Source of the DNA: Mobula hypostoma
Lineage: Eukaryota
NCBI RefSeq assembly: GCF_963921235.1
Contig: NC_086097.1
Coordinates: forward strand, 185,444,001-185,508,000
Reading direction: 5' to 3'
DNA length: 64,000 nucleotides
Shown here: positions 1-12,421 of the stretch, piece after piece
Layout of the letters: each line of letters opens with the position of its first letter
How positions within the stretch are numbered: the stretch's first letter is position 1
Notes under the pieces: model-generated
Database searches by the model: none
Seen by the model: the letters and a program-made list of their open reading frames with translations, nothing else
Told to the model about the DNA's origin: nothing
Made by a program: the position numbers and the translations under genes

Positions 1-1010
1 TTCTCCACAATTTCTTCAGCCATTTCTTTTAAAACCGAGGTGTACACCATCTAGTCCAGGTGACTTATCTACCTTCAGACCTTTCAGTTTCCCAAGAACA
101 TTCTCTAGTTATGGTAACTTCACACACTTCATAATCTCTGGCACCTGGAATTTCCAGCATAATATTAGTGTCTTCCACAGTGAAGACTGATGCAAAATAT
201 TTATTCAATTAGTTAGCTATTTCCTTGTCCTCCATTACACCTTCCTGCATCCTTTACCAGTGGTCCAATATACACTTGCCTCTCTTTTACACTTCATGTA
301 TCTGAAGAAACTTTTGGTATCATCTTTAATATTACTGGCTACCTTACTTATGTATTCCATCTTTACCTTAATGTTTTTTTTAGTTGCCTTCTGTTATTTT
401 TAGAAGCTTCCCAATCCTCTAACTTCCCACTAATCTTTGCTCTATTATATGCTCTCTGGCCCTTATGTTCACTTTGATTTCTCTTGTTAGCCACGATGTA
501 TCATCTTGTCTTTGGAACACTTCTTCCTCTTTCAGATGTATATATCATGTGCCTTCTGAATTACTTTTGGAAATTCCAGCCATTGCTGCTCTTCTGACAT
601 CCCTGCCAGTGTTCTTTTCTAATCAATTCTAGCCAACTCCTTTCTCATGCCTCTAATTCCCACTGTAATACTGATACATCTGACTTTGGCCTCTCCTTCT
701 CAAATTTCAGGGTGAATTTGATCATATTATGATCACTTTTTCCCCTATGGGTTCTTTTACCTTAAGCTCTCTAATCAACTCTGTTTCATTGTGCAACACC
801 CAATTCAGAATAGTTGATTCACTATTGGGCTCAACCATGAGCTGCTCTCAAAAGCTGTCTCATAAGCACTCTAGAAATTCCCCCACCTGGAATCCAGCAC
901 CAGCCTGATTTTCCCTACCTGCCTGTGTATTGAAGTCCCCTGTGACTATTGTAACATTGTTCTTTTGGCTACATTTTCTATCTCCTGCTGTAATTTGTAG
1001 ACCAAATACT
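1..1010 (-). mobile_element. Decayed CR1-type LINE fragment (ORF2 endonuclease-linker region), running off the window start
   Basis: Reverse strand near 1-80 reads ~LKVDKSPGLDG..VLKEMAEEIVE and is colinear with the CR1 at 60578-61912; many stops and frameshifts. Confidence 0.8.
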
Positions 1011-2143
1011 TACTGCTACTTGAATAAGATCATTACTTGTTTTTCCAAATCTCATTGGGTACTTACAAACTGCTCAATCTTCCCTCATTTTAAAAAAAAA
1101 ACAACTCATTCATACCAAGAATAAATCCAGTGAAACTTTGCTAAATTATCTCTAATGGAAGTATATCCTTCCTTAAAGTTGAAGTGTTGAGCTTGTGGGA
1201 GTCTGTACTTGGAATGCAGTTGTGGAACTGTGTACAAACTTTGGTTCCTCTTTGTAGACAGAACAAAATTTTTGAAAGTTAGCAAGATCAAACTCCAATA
1301 ATATCAAGAAGTATTTGTGATATGAAAGATTGAGAAGTTAAGACTTTGAGTAATTAAGAAAACCGGCTGAATTTTAAATATAAAGACTATAATAGGCAAT
1401 CAAAGACTCAACAAACTTAATATTATTTTCTCATAAGATTTGAACAACAACTTGCTACCCTAGATGAAAAATTTCCTGAAGGTTTCATCAAATCTCGCTA
1501 CCCACACAAATCTCACTCTCAGAAAAAAACAATCATTATTTTCCCACCTCAAGTATTTCTAAAATGATTAACTGAGTTTCTAAAAAGTAAGTAGAAACAA
1601 TGTTTTTTGCACTATAGCTTAGAGTTACTGATAGCCCTGGAGCTTCACTGACCAGTCCAGGACTTCCTTGGGAGTGCTAATCTCATCAACACCTTTAGCT
1701 GGCTATCCAACTCTGGACGATTCAGTGGGTTGTATTCGTTCACAGCCGATGAGCCTTTCCTGGTGCTTTGGCAGCCAGAAAAGAGGCAGATCAGAAGAAC
1801 ATGGAACTCTACCACAAGTTAGTGCTGGTACAGCATCACTTGTGTCAATGTTTTCTGCACAAGAGCTCCTCAGTCTGATACCACAGTGGCATTATACTCA
1901 GGAGTTCTTGTGTGTAAAAATATTAACTCAAGTCTGGTTGGATAAATGACCTGTTTCTGTGCTGTAACAGAACGGTGTTATAACATTGTCTAGATTGAGC
2001 AGAGACACTAGCAAATGAGGGGAGACACTGACCTCTGGAGGCTAGAGGAGGCAATTGAAAATTAATCTGACCATTACAAGCTTTCAAGTTCAGGTTCAAG
2101 TTTTTAAAAAATTTACTGGTGGGATCATTTTGTTTAAATTACA

Positions 2144-2817
2144 TGTAAGGGGGTTTCGTCTTTTATGTTACTGCGGAGGCTAGTTAAAATGGCTTCTTTG
2201 TTATGTTATAATCGGGAATGCTTTATGTTAAACACTGAGAAAGCTTTGCGCTAGCAGCTTATTGTGGGTTAGGGGGTGATAAGAGGATGTTGTGAACCAA
2301 TTGGGATAGTTGTTCTGACTTTGGTGTATCTGGAAGATTTGTATGCGCGGGGTTTTGAGGCAGAAGGCGGGAGAGCGAGACAGAGGATGGATTAGGTGCT
2401 GTGATGTTCGCTAACAGGGTCAGACCCCGCGGAGGGCGTTCAGTACAGAGACAGACTCGTGTGGAGCGTCTGGTCGACCACCGTTGTTGGTCCCAGGCAG
2501 CTGGTCGAGGTGGTCCGAGGGGTCGCAGGGTGAAGACAAAAAGTCCTGAGTTCTAACTGTGCAAGAAGAGATTGAACTTTGATAAGTGTGGCATCTTTTA
2601 TTTTCCTTTTATATTTTCTTTATTAATTATATAGTTCCAGTAATATCTATAAACTGTAAATCATTTAATTGTATCTGGTGTATTGTCTGTTATTTGGGCG
2701 GGGTGGGGTACATCACACAGTATCCACACAAACTGATTCCCCAGTTTGGTGGGGCGAGTGCTGTTTCCCTAGACGACAGCGAGCCAAGCGACCCTGAGGC
2801 TGGCAAGGGGGGCTACA
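2144..2817. mobile_element. Solo LTR (674 bp) of an LTR retrotransposon or ERV
   Basis: TGTA...TACA termini, 4-bp direct repeat TACA at 2140-2143 and 2818-2821, CpG/GC-richer than flanks, non-coding. Confidence 0.75.
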
Positions 2818-2950
2818 TACAAGTACTAAATAGTTTTAGAAGTTGCATTAATAGTCATTGTATTTTCAATTATAATTTTGATGAAAGGGATTGATTAGTG
2901 ATTTAGATGTTACCATAATACCAAGGCTTACCATGAAGTTACAAATACGA

Positions 2951-3076
2951 AGTCCTGAAGAAGGGTCTCAGCCCGAAATGTCGACTGTTTACTCTTTTCC
3001 ATAGATGCAGCCTGACCTGAGTTTTGTGTGTGTGGTGTTTTGGAATTCCAGCATCTGCAGACATGCTCAGGTTTGT
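2951..3076 (+). mobile_element. Short Penelope pLTR-derived element starting at a hammerhead motif
   Basis: AGTC-CTGAAGA-A-GGG-TCTCAG-CCC-GAAA-TGTC-GACT at 2951-2986, followed by a tail homologous to 4505-4604. Confidence 0.75.
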
Positions 3077-3230
3077 GATGTCCTCTTTTACGGTTTTTGT
3101 TTTTGACACAGTTGACAACCTCATCCTCCTCCAGTATCATCCTTTCATTGTCCAGCAAAACATAACTGCAAAACACATCAAAGTTGCTGGTGAACGCAGC
3201 AGGCCAAGCAGCATCTATAGGAAGAGGCGC

Positions 3231-3266
3231 AGTCGACGTTTCAGGCCGAGACCCTTCGTCAGGACT
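3231..3266 (-). ncRNA. Minimal type-I hammerhead ribozyme motif in Penelope pLTR
   Basis: Reverse complement reads AGUC CUGACGA AGG GUCUCGG CCU GAAA CGUC GACU; core intact. Confidence 0.8.
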
Positions 3267-4468
3267 AACTGAAGGAAGAGTGAGTAAGGGATTTGAAAGT
3301 TGGAGGGGGAGGGGGAGATCCAAAATGATAGGAGAAGACAGGAGGGGGAGGGATGGAGCCAAGAGCTGGACAGGTGATAGGCAAAAGGGGATACGAGAGG
3401 ATCATGGGACAGGAGGTCTGGGAAGAAAGACGGGGTGGGGTGACCCAGAGGATGGGCAAGGGGTATATTAAGAGGGACAGAGGGAGAAAAAGGAGAGCGA
3501 GAGAAAGAATGTGTGCATAAAAATGAGTAACAGATGGGGTACGAGGGGGAGGTGGGGCCTAGCGGAAGTTAGAGAAGTCGATGTTCATGCCATCAGGTTG
3601 GAGGCTACCCAGACGGAATATAAGGTGTTGTTCCTCCAGCCTGAGTGTGGCTTCATCTTTACAGTAGAGGAGGCTGTGGATAGACATGTCAGAATGGGAA
3701 TGGGATGTGGAATTAAAATGTGTGGCCACTGGGAGATCCTGCTTTCTCTGGCAGACAGAGCGTAGATGTTCAGCAAAGCGGTCTCCCAGTCTGCGTCGGG
3801 TCTCACCAATATATAAAAGGCCACATCGGGAGCACCGGACGCAGTATATCTTCAGCAAAGCGGTCTCCCAGTCTGCGTCGGGTATATACTGCGTCCGGTG
3901 CTCCCGATGTGGCCTTTTATATATTGGTGAGACCCGACGCAGACTGGGAGACCGCTTTGCTGAACATCTACGCTCTGTCCGTCAGAGAAAGCAGGATCTC
4001 CCAGTGGCCACACATTTTAATTCCACATCCCATTCCCACTCTGACATGTCTATCCACAGCCTCCTCTACTGTAAAGATGAAGCCACACTCAGGTTGGAGG
4101 AACAACACCTTATATTCCGTCTGGGTAGCCTCCAACCTGATGGCATGAACATCGACGTCTCTAACTTCCGCTAGGCCCCACCTCCCCCTCGTACCCCATC
4201 TGTTACTCATTTTTATGCACACATTCTTTCTCACTCTCCTTTTTCTCCCTCTGTCCCTCTGAATATACCCCTTGCCCATCCTCTGGGTCACCCCCCCTCC
4301 CTTGTCTTTCTTCCTGGACCTCCTGTCCCATGATCCTCTCGTATCCCATTTTGCCTATCACCTGTCCAGCTCTCGGCTCTATCCCTCCCCCTCCTGTCTT
4401 CTCCTATCATTTTGGATCTCCCCCTCCCTCTCCAGCTTTCAAATCCCTTACTCACTCTTCCTTCAGTT

Positions 4469-4504
4469 AGTCCTGACGAAGGGTCTCGGCCTGAAACGTC
4501 GACT
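4469..4504 (+). ncRNA. Minimal type-I hammerhead ribozyme motif in Penelope pLTR
   Basis: Stem I AGUC/GACU, core CUGACGA...GAAA, stem II AGG/CCU, palindromic ACGU in place of stem III, GUC cleavage triplet ending at 4500. Confidence 0.82.
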
Positions 4505-5054
4505 GCGCCTCTTCCTATAGATGCTGCCTGGCCTGCTGTGTTCACCAGCAACTTTGATGTGTGTTGCTTGAATTTCCAGCATCTGCAGAATTCCTGTTGT
4601 TTGCATTTTAAAAACATAACTGCACCCATTTGTCAAGTTCAGGCAACTTTAAGAACATCTGTTCCTCCTTGTCACTTCTGGTGTCCCCCAGGGATCTGAT
4701 GTTGTCATTTTCTTATTGACTTGCATTATCAAAAATATTATCATTGTCAACATTCATGCTAACATCACCCAATTCAACCTTATTACTGCACTGCTTGACT
4801 CAGGTAAACTCATGTTTATTCAACATCCAGTATGAGATGAATAAATATCCCTTCCAATGAAATATTATTACTGCCTTCATATCTTGCCATTAACTTTATT
4901 CAGTACCCTAGAACACCTCAGTGCTCCAGTGGGAGCATATGGAAGAGAAGCACAAAGTGCACAACGTCCCAAACCACCCATGTACCCATCCCATCAGACA
5001 CCACCAGACCTGCCTGTGGTAGACATTGGAGATCCTAACTTGGCATCATCAGGT

Positions 5055-5865
5055 TCACGTTCAAGTTTATTGTTATTCAGTCACATACATCTATACGACC
5101 AAATGAAACAACATTCTTCTGGACCAAGGTGCACAACACAGGAAGTAATATTACCGCGAATAATAAACTATTCCAGAAGAATGGCATTTAGGATAAGGTG
5201 CATTTATGATATAAGTTTTAAAAAGTGAGCCATTTAACTATTGATGCTTCATAAGTGATGAGATCTGGGTTGTGGCAGAGAGTTCAGTAGTCTTGCGGCT
5301 TTGGAGGAAAAAGCTGCTTCCCATCCTAACAGTTCTTGTCCTATTGATGTAGTATCTCCTGCATGATGGTAGTGGGTCAAAGAAATTGTGGGACAGATGG
5401 CAGGGATCCTTGACATTGCTAAGGGCCCTACAGACCCAGTGTTCCTGATAAATGTCTCAGATGGCTGGAAGAGAGACGGAGATGATCCTCTCAACAGTCC
5501 TCAAAATCCTCTGTAGGGTCTTGCAAGCAGATGCCCTGCAATTCCCATAACAGACAGTGATGCAGCTGGTCAGGACACTCTCAATAGTGCTCTTCAATCT
5601 CCTCAAAGTGGAGATGCTGCTGTGCTTTCTTGATTAAAGAGTTGATGTTGAGGGACCTGGTGAGGTCATCCATTGTGTGCTCTCCCAAAAACTAGGTGCT
5701 CCTAACTCCCCATGGTGGAGCTGTTTATGTGCAGGGAAGAGTGGTCAGCCTGCACCTTCCTAAAATCCACAATCATCTCCTTCATCTTGTCCATGTTGAG
5801 ACTCAAATTGCTGTGCTGATGCCATTCTACAAGCAGTATTACCTCCTCTCTGTACACTCTATAGA
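5055..5865 (-). mobile_element. Decayed Rex1/Babar-type LINE 3' fragment
   Basis: ORF 5702-5884: YREEV..LVEW..SNLSLNMDKMKEMIVDFRK (RT C-terminus); AATAAA and CTTGAA-type tail on the minus strand near 5055-5072. Confidence 0.75.
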
Positions 5866-7229
5866 GTGCCCTCAGTACTGCCATAGAGGCAGCTGTGCAT
5901 CGATCCCTTGAAACTTTCCAAGGAAATAGTACAGAAGCAGTTGTGATGCATTCTTATATTTTAAGAGGCACTCTGAGAGCTTGATGTTCAGATGGCACTA
6001 GCAATATAATTGGGTAGTGCTTTGAATACTTATCACAATATCATGGATTCATAGTCAGTCTAACAACAATAAAAACAGGTATAGTTTCACCACATCCATG
6101 TAGACCTTTATGTCCATCTATACTAATACCCCTTGACCCGTGAGTATCTGTCTAAAAGTTTCTTCAATGTAATGATTGCATCTGACTCCTCCACTGCTTC
6201 AGGCAGCAGTTCCAGATATCAGTTAACCATTGTGTTTATATAAAAAAAAATCTCTTGCTTCAATACTCTTTTAATCTTCACTCGAGTTTAAAAGAAGACT
6301 GCAGATCTAAAATAAAACCAAAAATGCTGGAAATAACAGGTCAGGCTCCATCTCTAGGAAGAGAAAATTCCTTCCTTTTAACTTAGCCCTATACCCTTTT
6401 GATTTTTTTTAGAATCCTTATCCCATGGTAAGGGTATATCTACCCTGTCCATGCCTCGTAAATTTATATCTCTATCAGATGAAACCATCAACCTTCTTCA
6501 CTCCCACAAAAATCAGACCCTGGAGAAAATCTTACCCAGCTTTCCCACATAAGGCAGCAGAGCAGATGCTATTTTTTTTTTGGGCAAATGCCAAGAAAAT
6601 GCTGAATGAAAATAGGACTATTATATATTAACTATATAAAATAGTTATCAGCCAAGAGTCCCTTGGTGAGTTGATTGGTGATATTAAGATTTTTCTCATA
6701 TAAAGTACTTCTATGGAAATAGTGTCAGCAGACAGCGAGAAGATTTGGTCCCAAAGCAGATAATATATGTACATACTATATATTGAACCTCTTGGGAAGT
6801 CTGTAATGTAGATGAGAGTAAGTGTGAGAAGAGGCAAAAAGATGAGTATTTGTAAAAATGGAGATAAACCAATTTAAAAAAAAAATATATAATCTTGCCT
6901 TAAAAATAGTAACTTGTTCATTTGGCATGTTAATAAAGCTAAAAACCTCTGCCAAATAATGCCAGTCATTATCCTTCATAGACTTATTACTAATAACAAC
7001 TGAAGTGGTACTTCTGATGAAACTTGGTTATAATTCTAAGGGTAATTGTTCCTGCGAGAATGAAAATACAATTTTTGGAAAGTTCCATTACAGATGAATA
7101 CCTTGACATTTTCACAGGATCTCACTATCTATCATGTGTTCTTGTGATAGCAAGGAGAACCTGCTCTCTAGAACAAAATATCACACAAACTATCCACTTG
7201 CCTGTCCCATCATTTAATTCCTGCTGAAG

Positions 7230-7725
7230 AGTGGAAGAGCGTGTTTCCATGAAACCACACTGGAACCTGATGGCTCGGTTGGTTGGTAATGACCCTGGAT
7301 GTTGCGACTTAGCTGTTGGAATGGATGTGCACACCAGAGCAGTATGATATGGAGACCAAGCTGTTGCCCATGCAGCTGGCTCCCCCTCTCTACACAACTG
7401 GTGAATCCAGTGGAATGGCAGAGACCGAAACAGTTTGGCACCAGCAGAATTGCAGGAGTTACCAGACCAAATTGAACTCAATGTAAGACTGCCTTAGGGA
7501 CTGCAGCTCTGGATTTTTCCTCGGGGTTTACTCCTGAAGCCACCCCTGTGAGTGGGTATAGCCACAAGGCAGCAAAGGTTTGAAATCGGTATTCATTCTC
7601 CTAGCTGAGCTGCCAATCACGGCTGACAAGCCCCATCTGCCCAAAGCAACTGGTTTTACTCTTTACCCTTCTCTCTGTAGAAAGTTCTGCTATGGTTAGT
7701 AGCTAAACCACATGTGAGGGTCAGT
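7230..7725 (-). mobile_element. Probable RTE-clade LINE 5' UTR fragment
   Basis: GC-richer island; minus strand has GGCAGCTCAGCTAGGAGAATGAATACCGATTTCAAACC, resembling the AGGAGAAGGAAAACTCTGA..CAAACC motif I recall from RTE 5' UTRs; recalled, not searched. Confidence 0.4.
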
Positions 7726-8006
7726 CCACCCCTCACAATGGAAACAAGTCATCTTCATTTCCTACAGAAGAAGAGCATCTCTCAACACTGGGATTATGAT
7801 GGCAGATCTTTGAAGCTCTGTGAATGGTTTCACACTTTACCTACCATGCAGTAAGATGGGAACCTCCTATATTTTTTTTGTACTGCTGCACAATGGTTTG
7901 TAAGTTATTAGTTAAACCTGAGTTTAACTTGACTATCATTTATGGGAAATTGGTCCATTAGGATGTTTCCTTTGTGTAGTAAACCACCTGTAGACAAAGG
8001 CCCATT

Positions 8007-11000
8007 ACTCATGTTTGTTCTTAATTTTAAAAAAGAAACTTGGCATAGGTAAAACTAACACTAATTTACAGTAAAATGACTTCAGCCCAACACCAACATC
8101 AATTCTGGCTCCAGGTGAACATTTCACACTGGCAACTGAAGTTCTTTATTATGTTCACACACAAAAACACATCTTCCCCCTTTAAAGAAAAGCAAAATAT
8201 CATATCCCTATAAACCTGCAAGACACAATAATGCTTCCTAACAAATATTTTTATTAACTTCAATTTAATGAGCAAATACGGCCTCTTATTCACTCTCTCT
8301 CAATCAGTCTCCGAGATGGTTTGATTATCCTTTTTCATCTGCTATATGTTTCCACCGATGTATTGCTTTCACTTTGTTAATATTCATATCTTTCCCAGAA
8401 CTCTGAACAACAAGTATATTCTTCACATCTGGTGGCCTCTTTAGTGAACTGACAGGTGATGTGTCACAGCTATGGGTTGGAGCTTGTGGTCATAGATCCA
8501 CACAGTTCCTTATCAGAGATGTTCCTTGTCTGAATATGGTGGGAATGTGGATTGACTCACTCTTGCACATATCCTTGCAAGGACCACGTGCTGGAATTGT
8601 GATCTCAGATTTGCAAGTGATCTCCAGGCTCCAGAACTGGAAAGCTCTTGCCATCTTGTCATGATACTGTTTCTGTTTTTCTTTCCCTTTCTCTTCAGCA
8701 AATTTGACCTTGTGTGCTCATTTGGGTATCAACAGGTTTTTGTGCACAGGAAGGCTAGTGTGTATGCATCCACCCACCAGCATTTGAGTTGGTGAAATCC
8801 ATTCTGCAGTGGCGAACTTCTGTAAATCATCAGATTTTTGTGGAAATCATTTCATCCGTCTTGCACCTTCTCCATAAGTGATCTCTCTGCTAGGCCATTA
8901 GATCTTGGTGTTGTCAGCGTGAAATTATATGTCAAAAAGCCCAATTATTGGTGAAGGACTCTAACTCACAGCTCAAAAATTGTGGACCATTGTCTGATAC
9001 CACTTCACATGGAACTCCATGCCTCGCAAACTCACTTTCAGGAAGGTGATGAGACCACTTTGCTGGATGTTGATTGCAGTGTTGCAGTCACTAGGTAATT
9101 GGAAATTAGTCTGTTACAACAATATGACTCTTCCTACTACACTCCAAATAAATCCACTCCAACTTTGAAGTAAAGGAGGTGATGCAAGCGGTTCTGCTTT
9201 CTGCTTTGGGCTGTAGATAAGACATATTTCATATGAAGTAGTGGTCTGGTTGATGACTTGATTCATTCCTGTCCAGTATCTCACTTCACAAGCTTTTTAG
9301 TTACATTGTTCCTCACCAAGATGCCCTTTATGTATCTTCTGGACTTTGCATAGTAACAGCGGAATCAAAAATCTGTTCCCTCCGAAGATCGTACCTTCCA
9401 CTACTGACAAATCAGTCATGAATCGACTTTGGATAGTCATTCTTAGCTGCTGGCCATCCTTTCTGTATTGTCCCTTTTTGTACTTTCATTGTTTCATCTG
9501 TCCCTGTTGTTGTCCTAATCGGCTATGTTCTAGTGGGAGATACTGGAATTGAGGTGACAATGTTGATGACATGGGCCTGTATTTCAGTATTAATCTCTTG
9601 GTCACTTTTCTTTCTTGTTGACTGCTCAAGACAACATATGAGCAGCAAACATCTATTTTCCCCATGTGTAGGTCATTTTCACATCATATTTCTGCAGCCT
9701 TATCAACATGCGCTGTATCCTCATGGCTCATGTCCACATTGTTTGGACATGATTGAGACCAGTGGTTTATGGTCTGACTCCACTTTAAAAGCTTGTCCAT
9801 GGATGTATTGATGGAACCTTTCATATGCTGGCAAGAAGCTCTTTCTCTAGTTGTGCATAGTTGGCTTCTGCTTTTGTTAAGGCCCTTGATGCACAGATCA
9901 CAGGTTATCATGTGTCATCATGCTGCTGCAGTAGTACTGCTCCAAGGCCATACCAGGACCCATCAGCTGAGATCCTAGTGCACCTTTCCAGATCATAAAA
10001 CTTCAACATGGGTTCTTCAGTTAGGATTCTTTTCCGCCTCTGGAAATGCTCTTGCTTGTGAGACCAAATCCAATCATTTTGCTGTTCAAGGAATGGCCTA
10101 GGTGGTGCTGACACAGTAGACAGTCAAAGGATGCACTTAGCCAAGTAAGTCACCATGCCCAGGAAACACACCCCACCCCCCCCCCCCAAAAGAGGTGAGA
10201 TGGTGGTCCATGTTCTCAATGGCTAATGTCTTTCTTGGGTCAGATTTCACTCCCTCTTCAGATATGACATCTATGAAGGACAGTAAATTAACAACAAACT
10301 TGCATTTCTCTTTAATTTCAAACTGACATTCCGTGTCATATCTATCACCTGTCTCGGTCATGTATCATGTTCTTCCTTGGTTTACCCCTGGACGATGTCA
10401 TCCGTCATGGTCTCGACACTAGGTATGCCCTCAAAGATCATGTGGATGGTCCGGGTGTGGACAGAATCCTATATGAAAAGCAAATCAAGCAATATCTACC
10501 CTGTGGTGAGTTAAAAGTACAGAGTCTCAAACTCGCTTCATCTGTCAAAACCTAGATGAGGGGTCAAGTTTATTTGGCACCTGCACACCAGGATATATCT
10601 CCTATGTTGGCTGCCTCTTGATGGCTTAGTTGAGACCTCTTGGATCTAGGAGTATCTGCAATGCTCCATCTTTCTTTTGCACAATGACCTGTGAGCTCAC
10701 CCAATCTGTTGGTTCTTCAATTTTCTGTATGACATTTATCTGTTCCATGTATGCTAGTTCTTGTTTCAGTTTGTATCCAAGTGTAAAAGGACCTTTCTTG
10801 CATGCATAGACAATAGAAGCTACTGTCTCATTTTCATGAATTTTGTGTACACCAGGTAAGTAACCGAGCCCCTCAAAGGCATCTGCATAGTCTTCCATGA
10901 GTGTTGGGTGGTCATCTTTGGTCTGTGAAGTGGCTACGAAAACTCCATCAGGTTGAGCTTTTCACATGCACTCAGACCTAATAATGGCTGTACTTGTGTT

Positions 11001-12421
11001 TCTACAATCAGGTGTAGCTGTTTCTTTAGGTGCTGGCCCTTGTGCTTGTAGGTCACCATACAGCTCCCTTTTACTGGAACATTCTCTCCAGTATAGCCTG
11101 ACACTTTTAATTTCACTGGGTAAATCTTGCTCTTTACTTTGAGAGTTGCGTAATCATCCATGGATAAGATTCACCTGGGCTGCTGTGTCAAGCTTGAATG
11201 GAATTACTGTCTCATTCAGTCACTGGAATGATCCATTCTGTTTTACCAGCACCAGCAGTCTGTAGAGAATCCACAAAGACTTCCTCCATGTCCTCAGCAA
11301 GTTTGCACCTTTCCCTTGGTAGCCCCAGCTTTGCAATATTTTGCAAAATAATTCTTCCCACAATTGTTGCAGACTGTTCCATAAGCAGGACACTTTGGGA
11401 TGTGCCTACCTCCAAATTTGCTTCATTTTCTGTTTGATCCTTCCTCTGTGCTCTGTTGTTGCTTCAGGAAACACCTTGTGCTCTGCCCCCTCTTTTCACA
11501 GCATCTGCTGTTGTTTCTGCTCTGTGCAGCTCCTTAGCTTGAGATTGTGTGGCTTCTGCTGCCCTATACATAACCACACTCTTTTCCAATGTTAAAGCTC
11601 TTTCATGGAGCAATATTTCTGAGCCCATTAATTGAAGTTCCACAAACTATTTCATCTCTAACTAGTGAATCTCTCAAATCTCCAAACTCAGGGCTTAATC
11701 AGAGTGTGAATTTCAGTTAAGTGTTGGTCAAAGTTAACACCTTGTTTCTGGTAACAGGGGGAAAAAAAAACTATTTTTCAAACCTGATGTTACTTGATGT
11801 TTTTATTTGGGACAAAATGATCATCAAATTTTGTCATTAGTGTCCAATGTCAAGGCTGTCTCATCAATTTGAAGGCTGTTACAGATGTCCAAAGCAACTT
11901 GCCAACAATATGCAGAAAGATAGACACTTTCAATTTTTCATCTGCACCTCTGGCTGTACTTGCTGATGCATACATTTTGAATCGCTGTTTCAAGCATTTC
12001 CATTTATCATTTAGGTTGCCAGTAAACTGCATAGGTGCGGAAGGACTGAGTTTACCCATGACAATGGGAGCTTTAGGACACAACGTGCTCGTTTGCTGGC
12101 AGCTTCTTTTGGCCCACCTCACTTGCTTCTACTGCAGTCTTTTTCCACACCCCCCCCCACCCCCCAATCGAAACTAGCGTCTCTTTTTCAGCCATGAGCG
12201 GCTCAATTTATTCTGTGTTTAGACCTCGTGCTGACTTCTGGCAATATCTTATGTTCGTTCTTAATAAAGGACAAACTTAGTGTGGGTAAACCCAACACAC
12301 ATTTACTTACAGTAAGATGGCCTCAGCTCAACTCCGACATCACTTCAGGTTCCAGGTGAACTGCCTGCATTGCACACTGGGAACTGGAGTTTTTTTTAAA
12401 TTAAGTACACACAGAATAACA
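8007..12421 (-). mobile_element. Old, structurally complete Ty3/Gypsy LTR retrotransposon (gag-PR-RT-RH-IN, pseudogenised)
   Basis: gag FTGNLNDKWKCLKQRF (11850-12122); protease FKLDTAAQVNL (~11167-11200); RT EEPTDWVSSQVIVQKKDGALQILLDPRGLN (10626-10898); RNase H ADGSWYGLGAVLLQ (9908-10114); paired LTRs ~8007-8171 and ~12247-12421; polypurine tract 8172-8183. Confidence 0.88.

Larger units (their letters stand above)
3171..4610. mobile_element. Palindromic Penelope-like element insertion: two inverted, 5'-truncated GIY-YIG + pLTR arms
   Basis: 14-bp TSD AAAACATAACTGCA at 3157-3170 and 4611-4624; arms ~3173-3849 (-) and 3884-4562 (+); both encode IYC..C..CGLLYIGET..RLGDRFAEH (GIY-YIG endonuclease). 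Confidence 0.92.

Noticed and set aside
3686..4174. 162-aa ORF with a GIY-YIG domain as a stand-alone nuclease gene
   Set aside because: It is a chimera across the inversion junction; the N-terminal part is antisense Penelope sequence.
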